This document shows, piece after piece, positions 14,947 to 28,696 of a stretch of DNA of 64,000 bases. A program made the translations under genes and the position numbers. The notes beneath the pieces were generated by a model. It saw only the letters and a program-made list of their open reading frames with translations, searched no databases and had not been told where the DNA came from. Source of the DNA: Spironucleus salmonicida (lineage: Eukaryota); assembly GCF_000497125.1 (NCBI RefSeq), contig NC_090602.1:1054001-1118000 (forward strand), read 5' to 3'. How positions within the stretch are numbered: position 1 is the stretch's first letter; every line of letters begins with the position of its first letter.

Positions 14947-15150
14947 ATGGGAAGTGCATGCGCAAAAAAATCAGGTCCTTTATATGAGAAGACAACAGTT
15001 TATAACACAATCGAAAAGAATAAGAATCTCACTGTATAAAAACCTACAGTCACAATGGAATGTTCTAAAATTATGAATTATTCAACTAGCGATAAAACTT
15101 AAAAAGGAGAGTCAAATTCTCTAGATTTGACTGTACAAGATTTATAGTGA
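14947..15150 (+). CDS. Small protein, 67 aa, with dual-acylation-like N-terminus MGSACAKK
   Basis: Table-6 ORF ending TAGTGA; Gly2 and Cys5. Confidence 0.6.
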
Positions 15151-15512
15151 TAATTAAATAGAATATTAACGATTATGATTTATGGTATTTAGAATTCATC
15201 TTGATTTTACTAACTATGCAAACGTTTATTCTACTTTTTTAGAATAATATAAAGGATATGATGAGATATTCTTAATATTATATCCGAATTAGAGTAATTA
15301 TGAGTTTAACGAACTTACTGGTATTATTTTATTTAATAATAACTGTCATAAATTTCAGCGATGTTTCTGTAGTATTGATAAACCTCTATAGTATCATTAA
15401 AATATCTATTTATTCCGATCACATTTACAGTTTTTAATGCTATTAATAGAAGTAAATAATCGATCACATATATATTAATTAGAAGTAATGTATTTTTTAC
15501 CTTTATCCGAAA

Positions 15513-16061
15513 ATGCCTAGAGCTCCATTAGATTAAAATACAGCTCTACAAGCTATAGCCTTTACATTATAATAGTTATCTACCTATAGTGTAGATGAAC
15601 TGCTTAAAGATCATCACCTTTTGGAGCAATAAGTGAAGCGGCTAAATATGTCTTGGAAGCAAGCTGCTGAAGTTATGGGAGTATCTAAATCCAGACTTTA
15701 TCACTGGTTCCGAGAGACATTTAGTAGAAAACTCAGATAACAGCTGACTAAAGAAGACTTCAGAAAAATAAAAAGAGAAGTTTAGCAACAAATGAGCACA
15801 GGCGAAAAACCGATACTTAGCTAAATCAAATCTTCACTATCCTAAGAATACGACTCTTATGTAGTGAAAGTTGCATTCCAAAATGCTAAAATTGGCTGCC
15901 GTATCCAAAATCTTCCGCTATTGGCATTGCCTAGTTTTAACGTGGAATCTGACTCTAAAGTCAACTCGGCAAGAACGATACTTAATAACTCCCAGACTGA
16001 CGCGCAGTGCGAATTTAGCAATTCTGAGGTCTTTTACTTTTAGAGCTTCATTATGGAATGA
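15513..16061 (+). CDS. Hypothetical HTH/Myb-like protein
   Basis: WKQAAEVMGVSKSRLYHWFRETF helix-turn-helix pattern. Confidence 0.7.
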
Positions 16062-16092
16062 TTAGTTTATATCATATTAACGAATTCAGAAA

Positions 16093-16581
16093 ATGTCGTA
16101 TTCTGCGAAACTGCAGAAACTGCAAATTCAGGCCGAAAATGCGAAAATGCAGCACCGAATCGAGCAGTCGAGGGGCGCTATCAGCTTTCAGAGCCTCGAA
16201 CTCGAGTTTCAGCAGCACATAGCGACGCAGAACAGGATCGCGCGACTGCATCAGGTGAAGTACTCGCCGCCGCGCGCTTTCAAGCCGCCGCCTGCGGTTC
16301 TGAATAAAATTTCCAGGCGCCGGTCTTAGACGATTGCTGGAAGCGACGAAACGGCGTTTTAGGCCCTGTGCAGCGAGCAGCGGCCCAAAACGCCCCCAAA
16401 GGCGTTAAATGAGTCGATTTTGCCGCTGGCGAGTTTTTGCGGCGAGAATGCACGCCAAAATGACGATTTTGAGCAGAATCTGCAGTTTTCGGCGTTTGTG
16501 AGTAGCGGAAATGTGCAAATTCCTGGGGTGTAGGTAGCGGCGCAGGTCGATGATTTTGACGATAACGATTTTGACGAGTGA
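16093..16581 (+). CDS. Hypothetical protein, 162 aa, GC-rich
   Basis: Table-6 extension of the 16093 ORF to GAGTGA. Confidence 0.7.
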
Positions 16582-16590
16582 AAAAGGCAA

Positions 16591-16848
16591 TCACTTAGCC
16601 AGCTTCTCATTTACAAGCTAGAAAAATAGGTTTTAAAAGTCTTAGGACGTGTTCATAAGTAAATTTTCGAAAGTGGGATAATAGTCATTTTTATATAAAA
16701 ACCCACTTTCGCTGATCTCGATATTTTTCAGTTCTCCGTTATGCTAAATGACGATGATATTTTCCTATTGCACTTCAATAAATTGGTATTCATAAAGCTG
16801 CTAATTGTTCTTTATAAACTCAATTTCCTGTTGTAGAAATTCAGCCAT
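16591..16848 (-). CDS. GSKIP/DUF727-like protein, 85 aa
   Basis: IEISESGF...YPTFENLLMNTSQDFQNLFFQLVNEKL resembles the GSKIP C-terminal motif. Confidence 0.6.
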
Positions 16849-16936
16849 GGTTTCAACTAAATAGTTTATCTATTATATATTTACATATAATAATATAATA
16901 TACAATTTTGATTTTCACTCCTATTGGTTTCCTCAA

Positions 16937-17569
16937 ATGGCTACCTACTATTTTGTCCACATTCCTAAAGGAATTAAGTTTGCAGAAGCTCGTGAGGTGA
17001 TAAAATCAAAGTGCACTTGTGAAGTTAAGAATGCTTGTAAGGGTGCATTTTTCGTGCGTACCGAATCTGATTCTTTATAAACTTTTAGCATTGAAGACTA
17101 AGAATGTGAAGTTTAAATATCCACCTCAGTTAATGATGAAAATTGGGATACACTTCGTATGCCTAAATTTATGCGCGCAGAAAGAACAGAAGATGGCGAA
17201 CACCAGAATGAATAAAGATAACCTTAAAAAGCTGAGAGAAAACCTAGAAATACAGAAAGAAAACCTAGAGATGAAACTAGGGAACCTAGAGATGAAAATA
17301 GACAACCTAGAGAAAAAGATAACCTTTTCCGTGCCTTCATTGTCAGTTCTACTTCTTCCCTTCAAGAAATAGAGTCTTATTTCAACAAGACGCTTAAGAT
17401 TTAAAATGTAGGTTTAGATACTTTTGAAGGTAAGAACCATGGTTACTTAACTTTCAATACCATTGAAGAAGTTCGTGCTGCACGTGCTGCCTTCGCTGAA
17501 AATCCTCTTGCTGAAGTTACTGTTAGACCTTATATTTCTAGAAGTATGAAAAACTAACGTAATATGTGA
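16937..17569 (+). CDS. RRM-containing RNA-binding protein with charged linker repeats
   Basis: RNP1-like NHGYLTF; repeats ERKPRN, ERKPRD, TREPRD, NRQPRE. Confidence 0.75.
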
Positions 17570-17690
17570 CCGATTCAGTTTAATTTATTATCATCTAGTT
17601 ATCCTTAGATTTGCTAGATCCTACTCTAAAATCAATTATATAAATATAATATATAATTGGTAAAGTTTCCACCCACTTCAACATATATTT

Positions 17691-20096
17691 ATGGACTCAG
17701 AAATATCAATGAATTCTCTTTCAGCTGATACAATCTACTCAGAAAATTCCTCATTTTCCTCATAACTTAATGATACATCGAATTTTGAACTTGCTATTGC
17801 ATTAGCGCAACAGGCTTAAAATGTATTAAACTAATCACCATTAGAAGCATAAAAACTAGCATCTGACGCTATTAAAACACATTCTAGGTGTGTACTCGCT
17901 TATGAGATACTTTAGAAAGCTCTTTTTCTAACTGGTGAAACTAAAAAATCAATTGAAGTTCAACTTATCCATGCGCAAATAACTAAAAAGCAAACAGACT
18001 TCTTAAATGTTTTCCCTCTTATTTTTAATTAATTTGGTGAAAGTACCCTTTGGCTTAAATGTATTAATAAGATTTTTAGATATTCAAAAAATGACGAGTA
18101 ACGTGAAAAATTTTATGCATATCTCCAAAAAGACTATTACCGCCACATTAGTCAGAGTGGTAAGAAGAGAATTCAAAGTTATATGGCATCCAACGTATCT
18201 GATCCCTAGAAAGCGCTTGACCTTTGCTTAGAATACCAAAAGCCTTATATTTTTACGAAAGCAGTTCAAAAAACAGATTCTTTTGACTAAAAAGCTGTAG
18301 ATTTTATCTACTAGAACCTTGGTAAAAAATCTTCTTTTTACCTTCTGAAAGTCCTTTCAATTAAGCTTTAAAACACTGAATTAGACATTATTTTGGCACT
18401 TTCGTCCATTGAAATTGACGAAAAACTATTTTAAGCAAACGTACCTAAAATAATAAAGTATATGAATTCAAATCAAAATCCACTTTTCACTCCATTATTA
18501 GAAAAATATCTAAATCACGCTGTTATGAATTATCCCTAAATCGGATAAAAACTGCTGGAAGGTAGCAGTTAGAAACACCAGTTTTTGCTCGCTAAAGCGC
18601 ATTTTATTTAAGGAAATTACAGACAGGCAACACAGATTTTGAAGGAGTAATTGAAGCTAGCAAAAACTGAAAATAACACAAATTTAGCTATTATTTCAAC
18701 GATTTTGATGACAAAAATTTTGAAAAAATTGAACCTCAACGATAAAATTGGAAAATTTTTGTTCGATGACGCTTCTGATATTCCAAATCAAAATCAAATT
18801 TCCATTTCTATCTTGTAATGTTGTTTTTAAATGCGAAATTAGCCAATTCTGGCAGATTCAACAGTATTTTATTTCCAGGAAGATAAAAATTTGGCTATTT
18901 TCAGTGATGTACGAATGCGCGTGAGCCTTGGTGTATTTTGGTTGTAAAATACCAGCATATAACATTTTAACTTAATTCCGGAGCTTATATATGCTCCTTT
19001 GATTTAAGCAGTGTTTTTCTTGATTAGAAAAGATGCGTATATCGATTCTTTGACAATTAATATGATTAAAATTCTCACTCCAGCTTTCCATTGCAAAGGT
19101 TGTTAGAAACAAGTTAATTAAATACAATATAAAGATGAAATACTAGAAACGGAAAAGTCACTATTTTTCACACCATAAATTTTAGAAATTATAGAAATTC
19201 TGTAGGAAGTAGGCATTAATAATATTATTATATAATTATTGACGTAATTTTAGCTAAATACTCTTCATAACAATGTATGTCGTAAATATCGTGTTTTTGC
19301 ACTTCTTTATTTAGCAAAACTGATATAAGGGTCAAGTTCGTGCCATACAAAATTCACAAATGCTCAAATAGACGATTTTGAGACTTAGTTTTAAGTTCTC
19401 GCAATTCAGCTTAATTAGGGAGCCTTAATTTACAACGATTTGCGGAATTAATTAGGAAAAGACTATAAAAACTATAAACTTCTTAATTAAATGTGCTAAA
19501 TTGTGGTTAAAGAACCCACTGAAAAATAGTTTAAAAACTTTGTTCGTATATTAAAAAGATAGATTATTATATGTCCAGATGATATTTTTCTACAAAAAAA
19601 GTTACTATACCTAAAGCTTTTCACGAAGTAGAAGGTAGCTGAAAATATTGTCTTAGCATAAAAATTGTATGATATGACTTGTGAAAGTCAATTTTTATTT
19701 ATTAAGGCTTATTTGTAAGCAAGAATTTCTCATTAAAAACATACTAGTGACTTTTTCGAAAGTGTTTAGTCAAGTTTTAGTATAATTTAGTAATATTTAA
19801 GGATGTAAGAGAAAAAGGGGTCGCTTGATGGAGCTCAAGCGTGGTGTTCAGTGGCAACATTATTATGGACAGAATTCGACTAGATTCACTTTGCCATATA
19901 AATTTACGAAGCACTAATCACTGGAAAATAACCTAGAAATCATGCAGATGCGGTTTTAGGTGGGGCTCTTTATGATATTATTGCTGACGATAGAATAAAA
20001 TAAATATCTGCACATAATTTGTGCATTTGTTATTAGTAGGTGGGTAGTTTTGATAGAGCTTTATAGATCAGAAAAGTATGGTTTTCAAGGATGTGA
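17691..20096 (+). CDS. TPR protein, TFIIIC subunit Tfc4/GTF3C3-like, 801 aa
   Basis: N-terminal DAIKTHSRCVLAYEILQ...GETKKSIEVQLIHAQI; C-terminal IHFAIQIYEAL and SAHNLCICYQQVGSFDRA. Confidence 0.65.
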
Positions 20097-20549
20097 TTTT
20101 CATTTGAGAATTTCTACCTTCTAGTAAGTTAAAATAAAATTTATGTGCAATATCATTAAAAATTATCTCGTCAAACATTTATATACATAAAACTAGTGTT
20201 AGTTATTTAACAATAAAAATTGATGAAATTCTATAAAATTAGTACTTATTCATAATATTGAGTTTATTGATAACGTAAAGCATATTTAAAATATTAATAG
20301 TTAAATACTAGATAAAATCATTTTTAGATTCGACAAGATAGTAAAATTTATTAATTATTGTCAAATCAAATAAAAATTTATCTGAAATAATAAATTATTA
20401 TTTAATTGAAATATCAATAAGATTAACTTAAATAGTTTAATATTATAGATATAGTCATCAATTGATTTTAGGTAAAAATTAAAATTATATGAATAATTAA
20501 TAATGATAATTGAAATATTACGAACCAAGACCCGCATAATCTTTTAAAA

Positions 20550-20927
20550 ATGAACGAGGAAGATACCATCAGTGAAATTGGATCTCCTTAATGTAAATAT
20601 TAATCTACTAGTATCCGTTAATAATTAGTTGTTAAATTAGATAAACTCCATGAATATGAGAGGAGGCTATTATAAAGTTATCTGATAAAATAGCGTAAAA
20701 ATATAAACTAGTTACATGAAATTACATCGGATCTGTAAAAAATGATAGACGATGGTGATTTTGTTGGATTAGAAAATGAAAGATTGATAATAGATATCTT
20801 AGAAGTCGAGATGATCAATTAGAAAGAAGAATTCTAGTCAATAAATGATAATATCCGGAGTGCAAAGTATTTTACTAATAGTCTATTAGTGTCCCTTGAT
20901 AAAAAATTAGAAAACTAAAAAACATGA
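20550..20927 (+). CDS. Hypothetical coiled-coil protein
   Basis: Table-6 ORF MNEEDTISE...; start uncertain. Confidence 0.55.
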
Positions 20928-21050
20928 TTTTTTTGCAAACCTTTTAAATTTTATGTATTAACATATAGTATTCCAAATTTTTGTCTTCATTTATACAAAA
21001 ATAAAAATAAAAATACATATTTATATCATTCTAGCTAATCTGTTTTAAAA

Positions 21051-21476
21051 ATGTTACGATCGCCCAACTTAATTGTTCGTAGCCTTCAACAATAAAATAA
21101 CAAACGCTCAATGGACAATATAGCAAAACCACTAAAACCAATAGTCAGGAACCAAAGTCTCGTTAATAGTCGAGTTAAGAAGCACGTTATCAGTCCAAGA
21201 AGATAACTAAACCTAACTAGCACTTAGTCTGATAATTTAATGCAAAGCCCCTAAAAATTAGCCAAACTTAAATCATTTAAACTTGAGTCTTTTGAAAATA
21301 TAGAACAATATGAACAATCGCCTATATTAAAAAAATTCAATTATAAGGTAGATAGTTAACTTTTTATAATAAGATAGGAGTAAAAAGAAGTTGCATATCG
21401 CTAAAAACTAGAAATTCATGAAATCGAAACTAGAAGGGCGGAATTTCTCTAAAATATAATTGATTATGATGAATGA
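21051..21476 (+). CDS. Hypothetical protein, distant relative of the array ORF
   Basis: HVISPRR vs HVASPRK; ILKKFNYKVDSQLF vs ILDNFSFKIEKKLF. Confidence 0.7.
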
Positions 21477-21798
21477 CTGTGGTTTGTTCATATAATGTTT
21501 TATGAATATATAAAAATAATATTTATAATATTATATTAGCTTTACCTTGTATTTATAGTATTTTAAAATGTCCATTTTTACTCATCCAGAATTTTCATAA
21601 TTTTTAGAGGCATAATAATACTCTATGGGTATATTTACCTGGATTTTAGCAAACTTGAGCTTCTAAAATTTACAATAAGTTAAAAAACAACTTAACATCA
21701 TAGAACCATTTAAATAAATGCATTTTATTGAAGATTAAGTTATATTCATTGTTGTATAAGAATAAAATGTATCATAAACTTTAGATATTATTCAATAA

Positions 21799-22362
21799 AT
21801 GTCAAGTAATAAACGATAGATTATACTTTTAACTGATAGTATTTAATTTATTAAGCAGAACGATTTAATCATATCGTAGCTTAATTACTCCAGTTACGTT
21901 TAAAAAATAGCAAAATCAATGTGCCAATAAGTATACACAGTGTTAAGTGAAAAAGATGGTGAAGAATATGATCTACCTACTTTACCTTAATATTTTAAAA
22001 TCTTCATAAATTAATAGCAACAATATTCCACCTAATATTAGGCATTATAATTATAAACATCTAATATTTAACTGCTACCTCGATTATTATAACTATTTAT
22101 AGGATAAAAACCCCAGGATTCTGATATTCAATAACTTCTATAGTAAGAGATAAACTTCTATGGAATTTATCCCCAAAGCGATATTTTAGCATAAGAAATT
22201 CCAGACATTCCATCATAATAGTTATTATCGCAATAAAGTATTCCTGAGAATATCGACTATGAAAAAATATTTTTCAGCAATACAGCCCAGTCATTATTAC
22301 CTTTAAACGAAACACCTACGAAATTGTCATCAAAAAAGGTAATTAACCTTTTTAAAAAGTGA
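21799..22362 (+). CDS. Hypothetical protein, 187 aa
   Basis: Table-6 ORF ending AAGTGA. Confidence 0.65.
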
Positions 22363-22377
22363 TTTTTCAACCATTCT

Positions 22378-23088
22378 TCACTCCCAACCGTCCTCCCGGA
22401 TAATGCTCATCTTCACATCAGATTATTTTTCAACATCGTAATTTCTGGAGCATACAAGCGAACCAACGCCACTATTTTACAGTAATGATTTAACATCCCC
22501 AACAACGCCATTCAGTTTCCCAACCAAGTCACCGTATTCGCAGCAGATAATCCCGACTCCAAACAACACAGGTGCGCTTTCACATCCCTTGCTACCCCGC
22601 TTAATTTCTATATCCCCAATTTCCTTTATAATAGATTTCCACGCATCAAATCGCATTTTTTCGAAGGCACCAGCCCGTGAAATCAGCTCCCTGGAGCATG
22701 CCGCTAGTGCTGCTTCGTTATCCTACTTTTATGGCGCAGTTTTCGAGTTTTCTGATTGCTTTAGGGACATTTTGTATGCCCGAATCGCCTGATTTAACGC
22801 CTTGAAAGTCTGCTAATTCGAGGTTAAAAGCGCATATGCGGGTAGTAGAGCGCGCTAGGTTGCAATGTGTGAATCGTTAATAACTAGTTGCTGTTTAAGG
22901 GCCAGCTGTGCGATTCGCGCAACATTTGACGTCTCGGCCTGAAGAAGTTCCGATAGAGAATTTTAGAGCTTTGGACCAATTTTCGCCAGTTGATCCATCG
23001 CCTTATGATAATTAGCTAGGTCCAGTGAGAATGTTTGTAGGCGTTTATGTAGATTCTGCGTAAATTTTTCATATGCGAAATCTGACAT
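22378..23088 (-). CDS. Hypothetical helical protein, possibly BAR-like
   Basis: Table-6 ORF MSDFAYEKFTQ... ending GAGTGA; long amphipathic helices. Confidence 0.65.
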
Positions 23089-23620
23089 TTTTGGAAAAGT
23101 AGTGTAGTAATTAATATATTAATAATGTTAATATTTTTAATGGATAGAAATAGAAACGATATTAAGCAAAATTTGATTTACGTTCTTACTCATCTACCCG
23201 TAATAATATCATGGTATAATTAGGTATTGACATAAAATGATATATGAATTTTTGTATAATCTCATAACCATAAGCTTAAAAAAATATATGCAATAAATAT
23301 TCTAACAGATAACTATGGTAATAAAGTTTAGTTTTCTCTATTAATAATAATGTGGTTTGAATATCTTAGAATATGTTTATCTTAGAATTAGCGTATTTCT
23401 TAAGAAAATTCACAATAAAATAAACTGAAATATTTATATTTATCATGCCATATTAAAATATTTTAATATTACAATGACTAATTTAAAAATATGTGAGTTA
23501 ATTTAAAAATAAATTATAAGTTATAAGTTATATAGATATAATATTTAAATTAGTAAAAAGATTTAACTTCAAAACATATTTATTTTATATTATTAATCAT
23601 TACCTCTCCACATAATTTTT

Positions 23621-24466
23621 ATGTTCGTCTTGGTGTAATCATAGTTATTCCACCAGCAACAATTTCTAGATTAATTGAATCAGCTCAACTTATCTTGGAA
23701 GCATGCAATTCCTTCTCGCTTTGAAGGTTATACCAAAACTTAAATTTATTCATTATTTAATCACAATTAAGAATTAGCTAACATCCCTAAAACTATTCTG
23801 CGTGGCGAAGTACCATCCTCATTGGATTATAGAGTTACTTCACCGGAGTGTGTAGACGTAATACGTGATATGAAAGGTTGCCATTCTCATCATGCTTTTG
23901 TAATGGCTAATATATTATCTGATAACCGTTGCCTTAATAAGATTGACAAAACTAGAATACAGTATTCTGAATAATATATTCAGAATTGTGATACTTCAGA
24001 TGTTTAATGTAATGGTGGTACTGCTAAAGTTGTTCAAAGATTCATGAAATTTACTGGTACTGTTACTGATAGATGCTAACCTCTTAAAAATGCATACGCT
24101 AAATGTAGTGATCACTGTTGGGATAGAGATGATGAAGATAATACAAAGACTAAAGGTTTTGAAGATATATGCTATGATGAAGAAAGCATCATGGTTGGTT
24201 TATAATCTGGTACCGTTCATGCTGGCATGTTTATTTATGAAGATTTCATGTATTATGAGTCTGGTATTTACTATCATGCCTTAGGTAAAAGCATTGGTGC
24301 TTAATTTTTCTAAATTGTCGGTTATGGTGAAGAAAATAATGTTAAATATTGGATAGGCAAGAATTATTTAGGTAGGAACTGGGGTGAAGATGGTTTCTTC
24401 AGAATAGTTAGGGGTTAAAACGAAAGCAATGTTGAAGAAGAATGTTTCTTGACTAAACTTGAATGA
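23621..24466 (+). CDS. Cathepsin B-like (papain C1A) protein lacking catalytic Cys and His
   Basis: [46 protein letters not shown]. Confidence 0.92.
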
Positions 24467-24497
24467 CCAGTTGTTATAAATTTAAATTTTACATAAA

Positions 24498-24848
24498 TCA
24501 TTTCATATCTTAATAATAACTATTAATATCCATTAAAACACTAGCAACAGGATGCTTTTCTAACTCTTTAGGTGTGAATGCCCTACTAGAACGAATCTAT
24601 CGCAAAACACATTCTTGCTCTGAAATAATTTGGGCTCCTTCTGCTTCAAGCTATTTTTATACATTCAGCCATACTGCCTATGGATGTCGATTTAATGCAT
24701 TTTACCTACCTTAATGCAAAAGGTATCCAACTGAGCCTGCTTCAATTTTTTGCATCATATATGATTCAGCCATACCAAGAGTAAATTATAATCTATTTCT
24801 ATATTCATATAACTATTCGTAAGAAGAATTTTGAATTACATCATCCAT
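24498..24848 (-). CDS. Hypothetical protein, 116 aa
   Basis: Table-6 ORF MDDVIQNSSYE... Confidence 0.6.
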
Positions 24849-25499
24849 TTAATCTATGAAGTATATAAATAATATTGTATAATAAATATTTATTTGATCG
24901 AAAGATTAACTAATTTTAGTGTATTATATTTTATATAATTATAATGTTTAATATATTGCGTATTTCTATCAAGAAAGTGTGTATAAAGTTTCACATAATT
25001 TTTTTAATAATATAAATTTTTTTGCTGAAATTTTCTTAGACTGCCATTAATTAGGTGAATACAATATCTAAATAACATATTCCTCTTATAAAATAAAGTA
25101 TTCATTTATCTTAAATTAAATATTTTATCAGAGATTTTATTAATTTGGGTAAGATTATTAATTACTACATTACAATAACATGCTATGTTTTATTTTAATA
25201 TAAATTAATGCTTTTAAACTATCTATATAATCTATTTAAAAAATATCTATCAGGTTATTATTAAGATTAAAAAAATAAAACAAAAATAATAGTTTTATCA
25301 TTGTAAAAAAAATATATTTATTAGTCCTAAGACATAATTACTGGCCTGCAACATTAATTAAACTAGAGAAATAAATAATTAAAACACAGAATTAAAAATT
25401 TAGAATATAAGTATTAAATTACTTATTAATAATATAAGTTTAATTAATAATAATAGTATTATATATTAATATTTAAGTTTTATATGTTTTCATTCCTCA

Positions 25500-26660
<1,161 letters not shown>

Positions 26661-26663
26661 CAT

Positions 26664-27083
26664 TCAATCATCAGTTTCGGGCAGGCCCTTGTGCTGGCGC
26701 TCCTGCTTCTCGAGCATTTTCCGCACCTGTACCTCCTTTTTCTTCAGGTCGCTGAAATAGGTAGCGCGGTTCGAAAACAATTTCTTCTCGATCTTGAAGC
26801 TGAAGTTATCCAAGATGTCGGTTTGGTGGAAGTCATTCTCGTAATAGTTGTGGAACGAAGGTTTCTTCTCTATATCCGATAGAAGGCTAGACGTCATCAG
26901 GCTAGCCTCGGTCTTGCGCGGCGAGGCAACGTGGTTCCGCGGCCGCTTGTACATGAAGCGTATCGTCTTCAGCTTCGGTAGGGGACTTTCAACTACTCGA
27001 GCGAAGGAGGGCTGGCTGGTAAGCGCTTTGAGGGATCTCGGAGACTTTGGGGGCTCCTGATACACGCGAGGCGATAGTTACAT
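26664..27083 (-). CDS. Hypothetical protein, source copy of the array ORF (Pro instead of Ser in KR[S/P]RN)
   Basis: Reverse complement of 928-1347. Confidence 0.75.
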
Positions 27084-27242
27084 TTGGCGAAACCAAAATA
27101 AGCAGGTGCCATGATATATCTTAATCCAGATGAATCGGTTTCTTCATCGTTCGTGGGACTAAATCGAAGCAATATATTGAAGTTTGGAAGTGAAGTTTTC
27201 TAAGATCCCCTTTTGCAGTATTATATTATTATATTCCAATTT

Positions 27243-27467
27243 GCACCGCGGCCCTCTACTTCAAATCTGCGGCCCCGCTCCCTCAGCTATGCGCGGCGCC
27301 CCGATGCCCTAGGTTCGCCTGTTGTCCCCAGCGGAATGGACCGGAAGGACCAGACCTCTGGTGGTTAAACGAGCTGTACGTCCCAGGCCGGAAACGGAGC
27401 AAGATTAGGCTGGCAGTGGGCGGTTCCCAGACTAGCATCAGCGGACGTCGCGCATGGCTCGCTTTCA
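27243..27467 (+). ncRNA. SRP (7SL) RNA
   Basis: Helix 8 CCCAGGCCGGAAACGGAGCAAG at 27382-27403; helix 6 with GGAA tetraloop at 27343-27346; helix-5 pairing of 27285-27298 with 27446-27459. Ends approximate. Confidence 0.9.
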
Positions 27468-27473
27468 AGTATC

Positions 27474-27478
27474 TTTTT
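27474..27478 (+). terminator. Putative Pol III oligo-T terminator
   Basis: TTTTT just after the SRP RNA; the array copies have T6. Confidence 0.55.
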
Positions 27479-28641
27479 ATTTATAATCATGCTAGTAAAA
27501 CGCTTTGTTGTCTTATTTCTTTATTATTTAATGATTCATTCATTGCTATCATTTGTTTTTAACGAGAATTCACTGAAGAAATGGCATTCATAATACTTCA
27601 ATTTTATTATTATATGATGATAAAATAAAAACTAATATTAATATTCATCAGTTTATCTTATTTCATATCTTTTTGCATCTATAATGGCTAAATCAATATC
27701 ATCACTGTTTATTACTGTATGAATATGATATTAATGCATTTAACTAAAGAAACATTTTAAATTAAATAAAATCCTTATTTTATATCGTAATATTTAGTAC
27801 TGAATTTATTTTATATATTTGACTTTTGATAATTTATATATTAGATCACTTATATTATTATGGATTATAATTTTTTAATTTCTAGTTACTATTTTATAAG
27901 CATTAGTACATCTTTCAATTTATGTTCTCACGTATTTTACAATATTAATAATTATTGTATTTTATACTTATTCATGATTAATTGAAGTTTTATATTTAAA
28001 AATACTCCAAACGAAATATGTATTAATTATTTTACGGTTTCTCATAAACCCTTGCAAGTGAATGCTTTATAAATTATGTATACTATAAAACCATTAATAC
28101 AATAAGATGATTTATTTATAATAAAAACTGATAAAGAACTATGATGTTCTTAATACCATTAATTAGTTTCATTAATATGACCTCAATCTTTAGAAACCTA
28201 AAATCTTTATTTTATAACATGTTATAGTTTTCAAGTATAATCATCAACTAATATTTAATGACTTTATTTTTATTTAATTCATAATTTTATAAAGCAGTAA
28301 CTTAAATTTATAATAAATTTGGTCTACAAAGTTATTATTTATTCTATATTATATTGATATCATACCATCTATATATTACCATATTCCTATTATTATAAAA
28401 AATTATTAAACTTTATCTATCATTATTTTATCTGCAATCTAGCTGTAGTTTCTTATGGCAAAAATCTTGAAAATAATTTTTTTACATTGTAGTTACGTAA
28501 ATGCAAATATAATCATATAATATACTGATATTAGTTAGGTATATTATAGTTGATAATTTTCTTAAATTTAATTTATTTTTGTTATAAAATACAAATTTAG
28601 GTTAAAATAAATTCTTAGCTTTAGATAATTTATAATTAGTT

Positions 28642-28644
<3 letters not shown>

Positions 28645-28693
<49 letters not shown>
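28645..28693. repeat. (AT)n microsatellite, ~24 units
   Basis: Perfect dinucleotide run. Confidence 0.97.
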
Positions 28694-28696
<3 letters not shown>

